Notes: generated from the sequence alone by a model not told the origin. A stretch of 64,000 bases of DNA from an uncultured Propionibacteriaceae bacterium (GCA_938012815.1 CALLVV010000059.1:4129-68128), one strand, 5' to 3'. Counted from the stretch's first letter, positions 1 to 14,970 are shown. Translations and numbers: made by a program.

Positions 1-1465
<1,465 letters not shown>

Positions 1466-1556
1466 TGGTTCTCTTTCCCCCGCCGCCCCGGCGGGTGCCT
1501 GTGCCTGAAATCTGAGGTTTTACTGGTGCCGGGTCACCGGCGTGACTGAGTCAGAC

Positions 1557-5030
<3,474 letters not shown>

Positions 5031-5258
5031 GATTCGGTCCTTCCGGGAACGCGGCTGGTTCGTCGCACAACAAAGGACCCGCGTCAAATCACGGGCACGA
5101 TTGCAGAGCAGGGCAACAAACCACTGTAGACGGAATCAAGGCGATGCGCAAACGACGGGCATAGCCCTAGTCGCGAACATGATAGCCGCCCGCACCAAGG
5201 GCGTCCGCCCCACCCGCCCCTGCTTCCTCAGCTCCCTCGCCTCTCTCCCCTCCCCCAA

Positions 5259-5331
5259 GCATGAATCGCGGAGGTTGGACGGTTCAGCGTCACCACGCGA
5301 CATTGAACCGTCCAACCTCTGCGATTCGTGC
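5259..5331. repeat. 73-bp palindromic (REP-like) hairpin, left copy
   Basis: 28-bp arms GCATGAATCGCGGAGGTTGGACGGTTCA / TGAACCGTCCAACCTCTGCGATTCGTGC (26/28 Watson-Crick, 2 G-T), 17-nt loop; inverted copy at 6349-6421. Confidence 0.9.
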
Positions 5332-5463
5332 ACGTCTTGGCGCCGCGTTGAGGAGGCGGAGCAGGGGCGAAGCAGCCATCACCGAGCGACATCTTTTTCC
5401 ACAACTGCTGTCGTTCCGTGGTTTGATGGTCACCCCCATAGGTGCTCTTCCCACGATGTGGAC

Positions 5464-6312
5464 ATGAACCTCTACGGGACCAAGCCCCACTTCGGCATCA
5501 CCAGCCGCCAGAACGTGCTGCGCTCAGGTATCACTCGCCGAAAATACGAGACCGCCCTCGCCACCGGCGATCTGATCCGCATCGACCGGAGCCGAGTCGC
5601 GCTTCGAGGCACACCGGACACCTTGATCGACGCAGCCCGTGTAGGCGCGACACTCACCTGCCTCTCGGCCTTGGCCCATCATGGAACCGACACATTGCCC
5701 ACTCGCCTGCTGCACGTACGGCGTTCCGAGTACTGCAAACGCACACGCCCGCTCCCGGAAGGGATGTGTTGCTGCAACCTCCCGACGCCACCTGGCGACG
5801 AGATTGTCGACACCTTAGAGACCGCTCTCTGGACCACCCTCAGGAACCACGGGGACGAGCACATCCTGGTTGCGCTGGACAGTATCCTGCGTCGAGGAAT
5901 CCGAGGCCGGGGACAACTCAGGGATTGGGCTTCCACCGTGAGCGGACGGGCCCTGCGGCTGATCGCTCTTACCGACGGTCGCAGCGACTCCCCCTTGGAG
6001 ACCGTCCTCCGGTTCCGATTGCACAACGCGAGGATTCAGTGCACACCCCAGGTGGAGATACCGGGCATCGGACGCGTTGACCTGCTGGTGGGAAGATCCC
6101 TCATCATCGAGGCCGACGGGAAAGGGTTTCACGACGCCCCCGAGCAGTTCGAGAAGGACCACCTGCGCGATCAGAACGCCCTGTTGCTGGGCTATACCAC
6201 CATTCGCGTCACCTGGCCGCAGATCCGCGACGACTGGCCACGTCTCTACGACCTCATCCGCTCCTTAGTCCGGTCGCGACACCACCAACATGCTCCCAAA
6301 CACCGCTTCTGA
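5464..6312 (+). CDS. DUF559/Vsr-like PD-(D/E)XK endonuclease-domain protein (actinobacterial AbiEi-associated type)
   Basis: ATG 5464 (MNLYGTKPHF) inside ORF 4912..6312; C-terminal SDSPLET...GRVDLLVGRSLIIEADGKGFH...FEKDHLRD...GYTTIRVTW. Confidence 0.8.
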   Translation: MNLYGTKPHFGITSRQNVLRSGITRRKYETALATGDLIRIDRSRVALRGTPDTLIDAARVGATLTCLSALAHHGTDTLPTRLLHVRRSEYCKRTRPLPEGMCCCNLPTPPGDEIVDTLETALWTTLRNHGDEHILVALDSILRRGIRGRGQLRDWASTVSGRALRLIALTDGRSDSPLETVLRFRLHNARIQCTPQVEIPGIGRVDLLVGRSLIIEADGKGFHDAPEQFEKDHLRDQNALLLGYTTIRVTWPQIRDDWPRLYDLIRSLVRSRHHQHAPKHRF

Positions 6313-6348
6313 AGCACGTGCGCACCGCTCCTGCCCCAGATCCGACGA

Positions 6349-6421
6349 GCACGAATCGCGGAGATTCGACGTTTCAATGTCGCGTGGTGAGGCTGAACCG
6401 TCGAACCTCCGCGATTCGTGC
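6349..6421. repeat. 73-bp palindromic (REP-like) hairpin, right copy, inverted relative to the left copy
   Basis: Reverse complement matches 5259-5331 at 66/73 positions, including the asymmetric loop. Confidence 0.9.
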
Positions 6422-7048
6422 CAGAAGACGGCGGGGTAAGCTGGGGACCTCCCGTCCAGAAAGATCCCGGTGCCTGTCACGGAGCAGACGCAGTAGGTCT
6501 CCCACCCCGATGACGGTTGAGAGCACTCGAAGCGGGCCCAGCTCAAGAGGGCGGTAGTCCTGCGCCGCGACGAAACGCTGGCGGAGTCCCGGCTCCAGAG
6601 CCGCGAGATGGAGCCGCAGCTTCAGCCCGTGCAGCGGATTGGATGCGACCGCTATGCAGCGGGCCGGATTCAGCAGCGGCAACACATGCCGGGCGTTTTC
6701 CCGGGTGGTACGCGACTGCGTCTCGGTGATGATCTCGCCGGCGAATCCCCGGCGACGGAGCTCGGCGGCCAGTAGATCTGCCTCCGCCACCCCGACCCCA
6801 GCGGGATCCCCGCCCGAGGCGATGATGCAGGTGCCCGGCCCCAGGCGTCCGGCCGTTCGCAGCGCGACGCCGGCCCGCCACCGGTTGATCCCGTTGATCC
6901 GTGCCGGGTCCTCGTTGCGGAAACCGGGAAGCACCACCACGGCCTCCCGGGTGGCCTCCCTCACGAGGCACCGCGCCGCCACGGCTTCAACGATCTCAGC
7001 CGCGGCCCACAGGCCCACCGCGACTCCCCAGGCCAATCGACATCCCAT
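6374..7048 (-). CDS. YdcF/DUF218 (SanA-like) family protein
   Basis: VVVLPG, IIASGG, EA..LA, ITETQSRTTRENA and VASNPLH match DUF218 motifs; N-terminal hydrophobic segment; start uncertain. Confidence 0.75.
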   Translation of the reverse strand: MGCRLAWGVAVGLWAAAEIVEAVAARCLVREATREAVVVLPGFRNEDPARINGINRWRAGVALRTAGRLGPGTCIIASGGDPAGVGVAEADLLAAELRRRGFAGEIITETQSRTTRENARHVLPLLNPARCIAVASNPLHGLKLRLHLAALEPGLRQRFVAAQDYRPLELGPLRVLSTVIGVGDLLRLLRDRHRDLSGREVPSLPRRLLARIAEVRRFSLTTRH

Positions 7049-7076
7049 CCCTCGACCGTACCCGCGACGCACACGA

Positions 7077-7110
7077 CAGGAGGCCCGCCCCAGACGGGGT
7101 GGGCCTCCTG
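7077..7110 (-). terminator. Probable intrinsic terminator after rplL
   Basis: CAGGAGGCCCGCCCC-AGAC-GGGGTGGGCCTCCTG hairpin about 30 nt after the rplL stop. Confidence 0.65.
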
Positions 7111-7139
7111 GATGATCGACGCCGGTTCCCCGGCCGGGA

Positions 7140-7535
7140 TCACTTGAGCTCGACGGAGCCGCCGGCGGCCTCGAGGGCAGCCTTGGCCTTCTCCGCGACG
7201 TCCTTCTCGACCTGCTCGAGAACGGGCTTCGGAGCGGACTCCACCAGGTCCTTGGCCTCCTTCAGGCCGAGGCTGGTGAGGGCGCGCACCTCCTTGATGA
7301 CGGCGATCTTCTTGTCGCCGCCCGAGGTGAGGACGACGTCGACCTTGCCGGAGTCAGCCTCCTCGGCGGCCTCGTCGCCACCGCCGCCGGCGGTAGCAGC
7401 GGGCTGGGCGACGGCGACCGGGGCAGCGGCGGTGACGTCGAAGGTCTCCTCGAACAGCTTCACGAACTCGGACAGTTCGACGAGGGGCATCTCCTTGAAG
7501 GCTTCAAGGATCTCTTCCTTGGTGAGCTTCGCCAT
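7140..7535 (-). CDS. rplL: 50S ribosomal protein L7/L12
   Basis: [16 protein letters not shown]...[10 protein letters not shown]...[25 protein letters not shown]. Confidence 0.98.
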   Translation of the reverse strand: MAKLTKEEILEAFKEMPLVELSEFVKLFEETFDVTAAAPVAVAQPAATAGGGGDEAAEEADSGKVDVVLTSGGDKKIAVIKEVRALTSLGLKEAKDLVESAPKPVLEQVEKDVAEKAKAALEAAGGSVELK

Positions 7536-7609
7536 GATGGGCGTTCCTTTCGATAAAGCATCGCAAGCAGTCACGCTGCGACGGATTTCTTTTCCGCAGC
7601 GGCTGCTGC

Positions 7610-8221
7610 TCAGGCCTCTTCGGCCGGGGTGACGTCGCCAGTGGCGGCGTCCTCGTTCGTGGCCTCGGTGGCAGGCGCCGAGCCGGCTCCACCGATCAGG
7701 TCCGGGTTCTCCTCGGCGGCTCTCTGCAGCGCACCGAACAAGCGGGCACTCTTCGACAGCGGAGCTGCCAGGGTGCCGGCGGCCTTCGCGAGGCTGCCCT
7801 TCATGGCGCCAGCCATCTTGGACAGCAGGACCTCGCGGGATTCGAGGTCGGCAAGCTTGAGGACCGCCTTGGCGTCGAGGAACCTGCCCTCGAGAACGCC
7901 TCCCTTGATAGCCAGGAACGGATGTGCCTTTGCGAAGTCACGCAGCCCCTTGGTCACCTTGGCGATGTCGCCGGTGATGAAGGTGAACGCGGTGGGTCCG
8001 ACGAGCGTCGACTCGATGCCGTCGATACCGGCTTCCCGGGCCGCGAGCAGGGCCAGGGTGTTCTTCGCAACGGCGTAGGTGGCGTCCTCACCGAGGGACC
8101 GGCGCAGATCCTGCAGGTCCTTGACGGTGAGACCGCGGTACTCGGTCAGCACCACGGCGGCGGAGTCAGTGAACTTCCGTTCCAGCTCCGCTACCTTGGC
8201 AGCCTTCTCCGGCCTCGCCAT
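7610..8221 (-). CDS. rplJ: 50S ribosomal protein L10
   Basis: [13 protein letters not shown]...[13 protein letters not shown]...AKNTL; upstream of rplL. Confidence 0.97.
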   Translation of the reverse strand: MARPEKAAKVAELERKFTDSAAVVLTEYRGLTVKDLQDLRRSLGEDATYAVAKNTLALLAAREAGIDGIESTLVGPTAFTFITGDIAKVTKGLRDFAKAHPFLAIKGGVLEGRFLDAKAVLKLADLESREVLLSKMAGAMKGSLAKAAGTLAAPLSKSARLFGALQRAAEENPDLIGGAGSAPATEATNEDAATGDVTPAEEA

Positions 8222-8269
8222 TGGGTCTCCTTCCATAACTGTTGTCGCCCTCGACCCCAGGAGATGAAA

Positions 8270-8390
8270 GAAACCCCGACGCCGGTGGCGCGGGGCGGGC
8301 AGGAACGAGGCCTGCTGGCTTGCGGTCACCTGCGCGGGCTCCCCATGCGGAGGAATTGAGACTTTCGGTCACCTGCGGTCTTCGGCGTGC
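8270..8390 (-). promoter_or_regulatory. Probable L10 leader (autogenous rplJL regulatory RNA); boundaries approximate
   Basis: Minus strand GCCGAAGACCGCAGGT...GCCCGCGCAGG in the rplJ 5' region resembles the AGAC-N-GCAGG core of L10 leaders. Confidence 0.65.
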
Positions 8391-8561
8391 AGGATTCTAG
8401 GCGACAACCCAGCAGGCCACAAGTCGACGACGAGATTCACACTTGACGCCCGGGCGGGCAGAGTCCACACCTCAGGCGTATTCCTTGGGAATGGGGTCAC
8501 GGACACTCCGAGGTGTTGGCGCGGACGGCCGCATCGGCTATCTTTGAGACACCCTGTTGCG

Positions 8562-8580
8562 GGAGGTTAAGCATGCCTAA
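8562..8580. promoter_or_regulatory. Putative DtxR/IdeR iron box
   Basis: GGAGGTTAAGCATGCCTAA matches 13/19 of consensus TTAGGTTAGGCTAACCTAA, just upstream of the ABC gene start. Confidence 0.55.
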
Positions 8581-8590
8581 TAAGCATGAA

Positions 8591-10333
8591 ATGGGCAATG
8601 CATTCGTATCGAAATCCGGGAGGCGTGCGACGTGGCTCGTCGGCGCCCTCCGGATCGGATCCGCGGCATTCACGGGAATGGCCCTGGTGATCATCGGACA
8701 GACCTGGGGTGATGCGCTCGATGGGTGGTCCATGGACACGATGACCTGGCTGTGGACCGGGCTCACCGCCTTGGCGGCAGCGTGTTGCGCCTTCGCCGAA
8801 GTGCTGCTCGGCGGCTGGTCGGCCCGCCAGGAGGAACGCCGCCTCAGGGCCCAGTTGCTGGATGCCCATTTCCGTACCTTTGTGCGTCCTGCCGCACCGG
8901 CCAACGATTCCGCCACGCCGACGGCACGCACATCCCCCGGCCCCCGGCCGTGGCGCGGCCGCGGACACCGCCGCCCCGTCCCCACGGACAGGCCCTCACC
9001 CGCCCAGCTGGTGACCCTGATGACCGACAACGCGGAGCGCATGTCCGAGTACCGCCAGGTCTACCTGGGCGCGACCCTCGCGGCGTTGGCCATTCCTTTC
9101 CTCACCCTGGCCTACGTCACATCCCTGGATCCGCTGCTCGGTCTCGGGATCATGGCCGCCTGTCCCTTGGTTCCCCTGGCGATCTGGGGCTTCATGCGCC
9201 TGTTCCGCAAGGTTTCGGCGGCCTCCCGCAGAGAACGCGGCCGACTGGCCGTGCAGTATCTGGACGCGTTGCGCAACCTGATCCCCATCCGTCTGCTGAA
9301 CGCGGGCAGGCGAACCGAGGAGCGGCTGCGCGCCCAGGGCGAGGCCAACCGCCGGGCAATCATGCGGTTGCTGGCGGGCAACCAGGTGGTGATCATCGTC
9401 CTCGACGGCGCCTTCTCGTTGCTGCTGATCTGCTGGTCCGTGCACCTGATCGGCTCCCGCCTCACGACGGGCGCGATCACACCGGGGCAGGGCCTCTCGG
9501 TGGCCCTGCTCCTGACCCTGATGCTAGAGCCCCTGGTGCAGGTGGCCGGGTTCTTCTACATCGGCATGGGCGGGCTGGCCTCACAGCGCGCCATCGAGCA
9601 GCAGCTGTCGTACATCCCCGCCGAGCGTCCCACCGCTGCCTCCGGGGCCGCACCGACCGAATCCGCCATCAGCCTGCAGGACGTCCACCACGACTACGGT
9701 CGCGGGCCCGTCCTGAACGGTCTCGACCTCGAGGTGCCGTACGGGGCCAAGGTGGCGATCATGGGGCCTTCCGGGGCCGGGAAATCAACGCTGCTGTCGC
9801 TGCTCCGCGGTACCCTGCCCGCCCAGCGGGGAGCGGTCGTGCTCGACGGCCGGGACCTGGGGGTACTCGAACCGGAACAGGCCTGCCGCATCTCCGCCTG
9901 CGTCGCGCAGTCCACCTGGCTGTTCTCGGGCACCGTCGCCGACAATTTGCGTATCGCGAACCCCGGGGCCACCGATGAGGAGCTGTGGGAGGCCCTGCGC
10001 CGCGCCCACGTGGCCGAGGAAGTGGAGCGGATGCCGCAGGGCCTGGATTCGGACGTCGGCGAGCGCGGTCAGCTGATCTCGGGCGGGCAGGCGCAGCGCC
10101 TGTCCCTGGCCCGGGCCTTCCTGTCGGGTCGTCGCATCCTCCTGCTGGACGAGCCGACCAGCCAGGTTGATGTGGTCTCGGAGGCTGCCATCATCGATGC
10201 CCTGGCCGGGATCGGCCCCGAATGGACGGTGCTCATGGTCACCCATCGCCGTTCCCTCCTCTCCATCGCCGACGCGGCCCATGAGCTGCGCGACGGCGCC
10301 CTGCTACCTCTCGAAACGACGGTCGCCCGATGA
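8591..10333 (+). CDS. ABC transporter, fused permease/ATPase (CydD/IrtA-like half transporter)
   Basis: Six-TM-type N-terminal domain; Walker A GPSGAGKS, ISGGQAQR, LLLDEPTS; start uncertain (8573 or 8591). Confidence 0.88.
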   Translation: MGNAFVSKSGRRATWLVGALRIGSAAFTGMALVIIGQTWGDALDGWSMDTMTWLWTGLTALAAACCAFAEVLLGGWSARQEERRLRAQLLDAHFRTFVRPAAPANDSATPTARTSPGPRPWRGRGHRRPVPTDRPSPAQLVTLMTDNAERMSEYRQVYLGATLAALAIPFLTLAYVTSLDPLLGLGIMAACPLVPLAIWGFMRLFRKVSAASRRERGRLAVQYLDALRNLIPIRLLNAGRRTEERLRAQGEANRRAIMRLLAGNQVVIIVLDGAFSLLLICWSVHLIGSRLTTGAITPGQGLSVALLLTLMLEPLVQVAGFFYIGMGGLASQRAIEQQLSYIPAERPTAASGAAPTESAISLQDVHHDYGRGPVLNGLDLEVPYGAKVAIMGPSGAGKSTLLSLLRGTLPAQRGAVVLDGRDLGVLEPEQACRISACVAQSTWLFSGTVADNLRIANPGATDEELWEALRRAHVAEEVERMPQGLDSDVGERGQLISGGQAQRLSLARAFLSGRRILLLDEPTSQVDVVSEAAIIDALAGIGPEWTVLMVTHRRSLLSIADAAHELRDGALLPLETTVAR

Positions 10334-11994
10334 AGACCCCGAACACCTTTGGACTGATCCGTTGGCTGACCGGCATCACCCGCCCGGTCCATCCGCCGCT
10401 GCTGGTTTCCTCAGTACTGCGCTGCGCCAACCTGAGCCTCGAACTGGTGTTGTTCGGGCTGGCCGGGCTGCTGGTGGCGTCCTTCGCATCCGGCCACCCC
10501 ATCGGTGGACTGCTGCTCTGGATCGTGGTGGTCGCGCTGGCCAAGGCGCTGGCCTACTACGCGGAACAGTTCACAGGCCACTATGTCGCCTTCAAGGCCC
10601 TGGAGCTACTGCGCGGTCACGCCTTCGCGTCGCTGTGGCCGAAGGCGCCCGCCGTAGTGCTCCGGAACCGTTCCGGCGACCTGCTGCCGACGCTGACTCG
10701 CGACGTGGACCGCATCGAGGTGGTCTACGCACACACCTTCGCACCGGTGGTCTCAGCGTTCGTGGTACCGAGTGCCGCCCTGGTGACGATGGGGTCGCTG
10801 GCGGGCTGGGGCCTGGTCGTGATCCCGGCGGTCTGCGTCGCGGCCGCGTTGTTGGTGGTGCCGTTCGTGGGGCTGCGGCGATCACTCCGCTCAACCGCGG
10901 AAGGGCTGCGGCTGCGCGGACAGCTGACCGCGCATGCCACCGACTCCGTCTACGGGATCGACGAGGTCCTCTCCTACGGCCGCCAGCGCAGCCGGATCGA
11001 GGAACTCGACGAACTCAGCTCCCGAGTGCGCGACACCGCGATGCCGCCGCTGGTCTTCAAGGGTCTGCGGCGCGGCGCAAACCTGGCGCTGACCCTGGTC
11101 TCCGCGGCCTCGATCGTGTGGACCGGCGTCTCGGCTCACCTCGATCCGCTGCTGGTGGCCGCCCTGGCAGCCGCGTCGCTGCGGCTGTTCGAGGGGCCGC
11201 GGGGCGTGGAGGATGCCGTCGGATACCTCGATCATTCACTGAGTGCGGCCAGGCGGCTCTGGGAGCTGTGCCACGCCCCCGAGGCGGTCTCGGACGGCCC
11301 GCGGGAGCTGCACTTGGACGCGCCGCCGAGCATCGAGTGGCGCGACGTCGACTACCGCTACCCGGGTGCCATGCCCAACAACCCTGCCCTGTCGGGGATT
11401 TCGGTGACCGCGGCCGCGGGCGGGCGGACGGTGTTCGTCGGCGCCAGTGGGTCGGGCAAGTCGACGGCCGCGCAGCTGTTGCTCCGCTACGACGAGCTGA
11501 CCGGCGGCGACATCCTGATCGACGGGACCTCCGTGCGCGAGTACACCCTCGACTCCCTGCGTCGCGCCATCGTCCTGGTACCGCAGCGCGGACAGGTGCT
11601 GGATGCCAGCATCGCCGAGAACCTGCGGCTGGGTGCCCCCGATGCCACCGACGAGGACCTGTGGCGTGCCCTGACGATCGCCGAGCTGGCCGACGAGGTG
11701 CGGGCCATGCCGCAGGACCTGGCGACCCGGACGGGCCGCGACGGGCGGGAGCTCTCAGGTGGGCAGCTGCAACGCCTCTGTCTGGCCAGGGCGCTGCTGG
11801 TGAACCCGCGGGTACTACTTCTGGATGAGTTCACGGCCAACCTGAACACCGACCTGGAGGCCCGCATCCGGGCCAATCTGGAACGCGACCTCCCCGGGTT
11901 GACCATCATCGAGATCACACATCGCCTGGAACACCTCGACTCGGCGGACCGGGTCTTCGAGTTCGACCGGGGGCGAGTCACCCTCCACGCCTAA
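10330..11994 (+). CDS. ABC transporter, fused permease/ATPase (CydC/IrtB-like partner)
   Basis: ATGA overlap with the previous gene; YAEQFTGHYVAF, GASGSGKS, LSGGQLQR, LLLDE. Confidence 0.9.
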   Translation: MKTPNTFGLIRWLTGITRPVHPPLLVSSVLRCANLSLELVLFGLAGLLVASFASGHPIGGLLLWIVVVALAKALAYYAEQFTGHYVAFKALELLRGHAFASLWPKAPAVVLRNRSGDLLPTLTRDVDRIEVVYAHTFAPVVSAFVVPSAALVTMGSLAGWGLVVIPAVCVAAALLVVPFVGLRRSLRSTAEGLRLRGQLTAHATDSVYGIDEVLSYGRQRSRIEELDELSSRVRDTAMPPLVFKGLRRGANLALTLVSAASIVWTGVSAHLDPLLVAALAAASLRLFEGPRGVEDAVGYLDHSLSAARRLWELCHAPEAVSDGPRELHLDAPPSIEWRDVDYRYPGAMPNNPALSGISVTAAAGGRTVFVGASGSGKSTAAQLLLRYDELTGGDILIDGTSVREYTLDSLRRAIVLVPQRGQVLDASIAENLRLGAPDATDEDLWRALTIAELADEVRAMPQDLATRTGRDGRELSGGQLQRLCLARALLVNPRVLLLDEFTANLNTDLEARIRANLERDLPGLTIIEITHRLEHLDSADRVFEFDRGRVTLHA

Positions 11995-12112
11995 CCGGGA
12001 CGCCGGGTTGTGTCATCTGCAAGAGTTTTGCTCCGCGCACACATCGGAACCCTCACGCGCCCCGCGGTTTCGCTTCCGCAGCGGGGATCTCCCCTGCTGC
12101 TAGGAAGGAGGC

Positions 12113-12911
12113 ATGCAGGATTCCCGCTTCCTACCCGACCCCTTCGTCATGGAGGGCATCTACGCGACCCCACCGGTCATCGACGTGGACGCTTGGCGCG
12201 AGTACCTGTCCCGCGAGTTCGGCCCCACGGATGTCATCGGCGACGGCGGGCCTCCCGTCTTCTTCGCCTTCACCGAGCACCGCTTCGACTACAAGGACCG
12301 GTCAGGAGTTCCGGCGCAGGCCTTCCTCGCCGCATCCAAGGACTTCTCCGATCTCGCCAAGTACGAGACAGCACTCCAGCAGAGCTGGGACTTCCCCGAC
12401 CTCAAGGACGTGCTGTTCCAGGGCCGTCACTTCCTGTCCACCTTCGAGCTCCTGGCCCGCGCCCTGGCCTTCGAGGACCGGCTACGGCTGTTCCATGCCC
12501 TCACCTCGGCCCTGGTGGAGCTCACCGACCCGATCGCCCTGTACTCCGGCGCCGCCGATGCCTTCTTCGAGCCCCGCCGCTGGCTGGAGGTCCAGCGCGA
12601 GGGTTACACCTACTACGGCTTCTTCAACGTGCGGTTCTTCAAGATCAACAACGGCGACGATGAGTTCCTCATGGACACCCGCGGGCTGGGCATCTTCGGG
12701 GTACCCGATCTCCAGTGCCATGCTGCTGTACAACACCGGCATCTACCTGATGCGCGAGGGCAACGTGATCGGCAACGGCCACACCGTACCGGGCATCAAG
12801 GAGGGCAGCCGCTGGCGCTGCCAACATGAGAAAGCCATGATCGAACCCGAACGGGAGGTCCTGGACGTCTGCCCGGAGGTCCCTTACGCCGCAGGAAACC
12901 GCAACCCCTGA
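12113..12911 (+). pseudogene. DUF4261-like protein, frameshifted by an internal deletion near 12717
   Basis: One frame gives ...MDTRGLGIFGVPDLQCH; the family-like C-terminus AMLLYNTGIYL...IGNGHTVPG...WRCQHEKAMIEPEREVLD continues in another frame. Confidence 0.7.
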
Positions 12912-13066
12912 CAGGCCGCTGTTCCGGAGACCGAAATGACGGGCTCCGGTTAGCCCCCGTCGGGGCGGGTTCCTCAGACCAGGAGGACGGGTTTGACGAG
13001 GATGTCACCAACGGCCCGTACCTTCTCAGGCGACAAACCAGATCCCGAGCGACAAGGAAATCTGTC

Positions 13067-13434
13067 ATGACGGTCTTCACCCCGACCAGCATCATCCTCT
13101 ACGTCGAGGACGTGAATGCCAGTACCGCGTTCTATCGCCGGGCCCTCGGCGAGGAACCCGTCGAAACCTTCGAGGGCTTCGCGGTTTTCGCCCTGACCGA
13201 GAATGTCACCCTCGCGGCATCGATCCGGCGGCCGTGGGCGCCCCGGGCAGCGTCGAACTGTCCATGAGCAACGCCACCCGCGATGACGTCGACCGCCTTC
13301 ACCGATCCTGGAGCGAGCTCGGCTTCCCCATGGCCCTAGAACCCACCGAACTCGCCTTTGGCTACACCTTCGTCGCCACCGATCCCGACGGGCATCGCCT
13401 CCGCGTCTGCGCCACCGACACGACGAACCTCTGA
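13067..13434 (+). pseudogene. VOC/glyoxalase family (EhpR-like) protein, frameshifted near 13214
   Basis: MTVFTPTSIILYVEDVNASTAFY in one frame; GIDPAAVG...EPTELAFGYTFVATDPDGHRLRV in another. Confidence 0.75.
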
Positions 13435-13531
13435 CGGCGTCACTACGCCCCACGACCCATCCTCCGGCTTGAGCTGACGTACCCCGATACGCCTCCAGCT
13501 GCCCGGCATCACGCATCAGAAGAACATTCAT

Positions 13532-13600
13532 CCTGCTGGATGTCGACTAGATCACCTGCTGGATGTCGACTAGATTGCCTGCTGGATGTCGAGTAAGGGT
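13532..13600 (+). repeat. Three-unit 23-bp tandem repeat upstream of the first DUF4143 ATPase
   Basis: CCTGCTGGATGTCGACTAGATCA / CCTGCTGGATGTCGACTAGATTG / CCTGCTGGATGTCGAGTAAGGGT. Confidence 0.92.
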
Positions 13601-13604
13601 GGTT

Positions 13605-14858
13605 ATGTATCTTCGCCGCACCGTGGACGAGCTACTGGAGACGTTCCTCCCCCAAGCGCCCGCCATTGCGCTGGACGGGGCGAAAGGAGTCGGGAAGACC
13701 GGCACGGCGCTTCAGCGCGCCACGAAGGTTTTCCTCTTGGACCGCCCGGACCAACGCGCCCTCGTCGAGGCCGATCCCGACGGAATCCGCCGGCCGGGAA
13801 CGACGCTGCTCGATGAATGGTCCCGGATGCCCGAGGTCTGGGATCTCGTGCGCAGGGAGGTGGACAACGGAGCAGGCCCGGGCAGCTTCCTGCTCACTGG
13901 ATCCGCCACCCCCGCCACGACACAGGGGACCCACAGCGGCGCAGGGCGCATCCTGTCGCTGCGCATGCGCCCCATGGCCCTCCACGAACGTGGGCAACTC
14001 GTCCCCACCGTCTCACTCACCTCCCTGCTGACAGCAGAACCACCCTGCTCGGCCGAGATCGAAGGCCACACGTCGTACTGCCTGGCGGACTATCTGGACG
14101 CCATCGAGGCAAGCGGGTTTCCCGGCATCATGGGTCTTGGTCCCGACCTGCGAACCGAACAACTCGCCACCTACATCCAGCGCGTGATTGATCGTGACCT
14201 GCCGGATCTGGGCTATGGCGTGCGCCGGCCCGAAACGCTGCGCCGCTGGCTCGCGGCATACGCAGCCGCATCCTCGACCACCACCACCTACTCCAAGCTT
14301 CTTGACACCACTACCTGCGGCGACGGCCAACAACCGACCCGGGACACCACCCAGACCTACCGTGATCACCTCACCCAGCTCTGGCTGCTCGACCCGGTTC
14401 CTGGTTGGAGCCCCAGCCGCAACCCCTTCACCAGATTGCAGCAGGCGCCGAAACACCAACTGGCCGATCCCGCCCTGGCGGCTTCGCTGCTGGGCGCAAC
14501 CGCCTCCTCCATGACCACCCCTCGCCATTCCCACCTCGCCGGCCCCTTGTTCGAGGCCCTCGCCACCCTCACCGTGCGGGTGGCCGCCGAGGCGGCACGG
14601 GCCCGCGTGGGCCATCTGCGCACCCGCAACGGCGATCACGAGATCGACCTGATCGCCGAGACCCGCGATGGGCGCATCGTCGCCATTGAGGTGAAACTGG
14701 CTGCCTCGGTGACGGACCCGGATGTTCAACACCTCGTCTGGCTGCGCTCCCGCCTGCCCGAGGATGTGTCCGACCTGGTGGTTCTCACAACGGGAACCAC
14801 CGCCTACCGGCGGAGAGACGGCGTGGCGGTGATCCCCCTTGCGCTGCTCGGGCCGTAG
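13605..14858 (+). CDS. AAA_14 ATPase with C-terminal DUF4143 (PD-(D/E)XK-like) domain
   Basis: GAKGVGKT, LLDEW, FLLTGSA, MRPMAL.E, SGFPG, PKHQLADPAL, LFEAL, HEIDLI...AIEVK. Confidence 0.9.
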   Translation: MYLRRTVDELLETFLPQAPAIALDGAKGVGKTGTALQRATKVFLLDRPDQRALVEADPDGIRRPGTTLLDEWSRMPEVWDLVRREVDNGAGPGSFLLTGSATPATTQGTHSGAGRILSLRMRPMALHERGQLVPTVSLTSLLTAEPPCSAEIEGHTSYCLADYLDAIEASGFPGIMGLGPDLRTEQLATYIQRVIDRDLPDLGYGVRRPETLRRWLAAYAAASSTTTTYSKLLDTTTCGDGQQPTRDTTQTYRDHLTQLWLLDPVPGWSPSRNPFTRLQQAPKHQLADPALAASLLGATASSMTTPRHSHLAGPLFEALATLTVRVAAEAARARVGHLRTRNGDHEIDLIAETRDGRIVAIEVKLAASVTDPDVQHLVWLRSRLPEDVSDLVVLTTGTTAYRRRDGVAVIPLALLGP

Positions 14859-14970
14859 GCACACCGCATCACACCCCCCTCCCGAGCACCTGCCCAGCCT
14901 CTCCCGGTCACGACGCCGGGCCCATTTCTTGCCAGCCACCAGCGAGCCTGCCGAAGCGATGCACAAAGGC

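Noticed and set aside
13532..13600. Possible mini CRISPR array
   Set aside because: Units are contiguous with a 23-bp period, leaving no room for unique spacers, and there are no cas genes in the window
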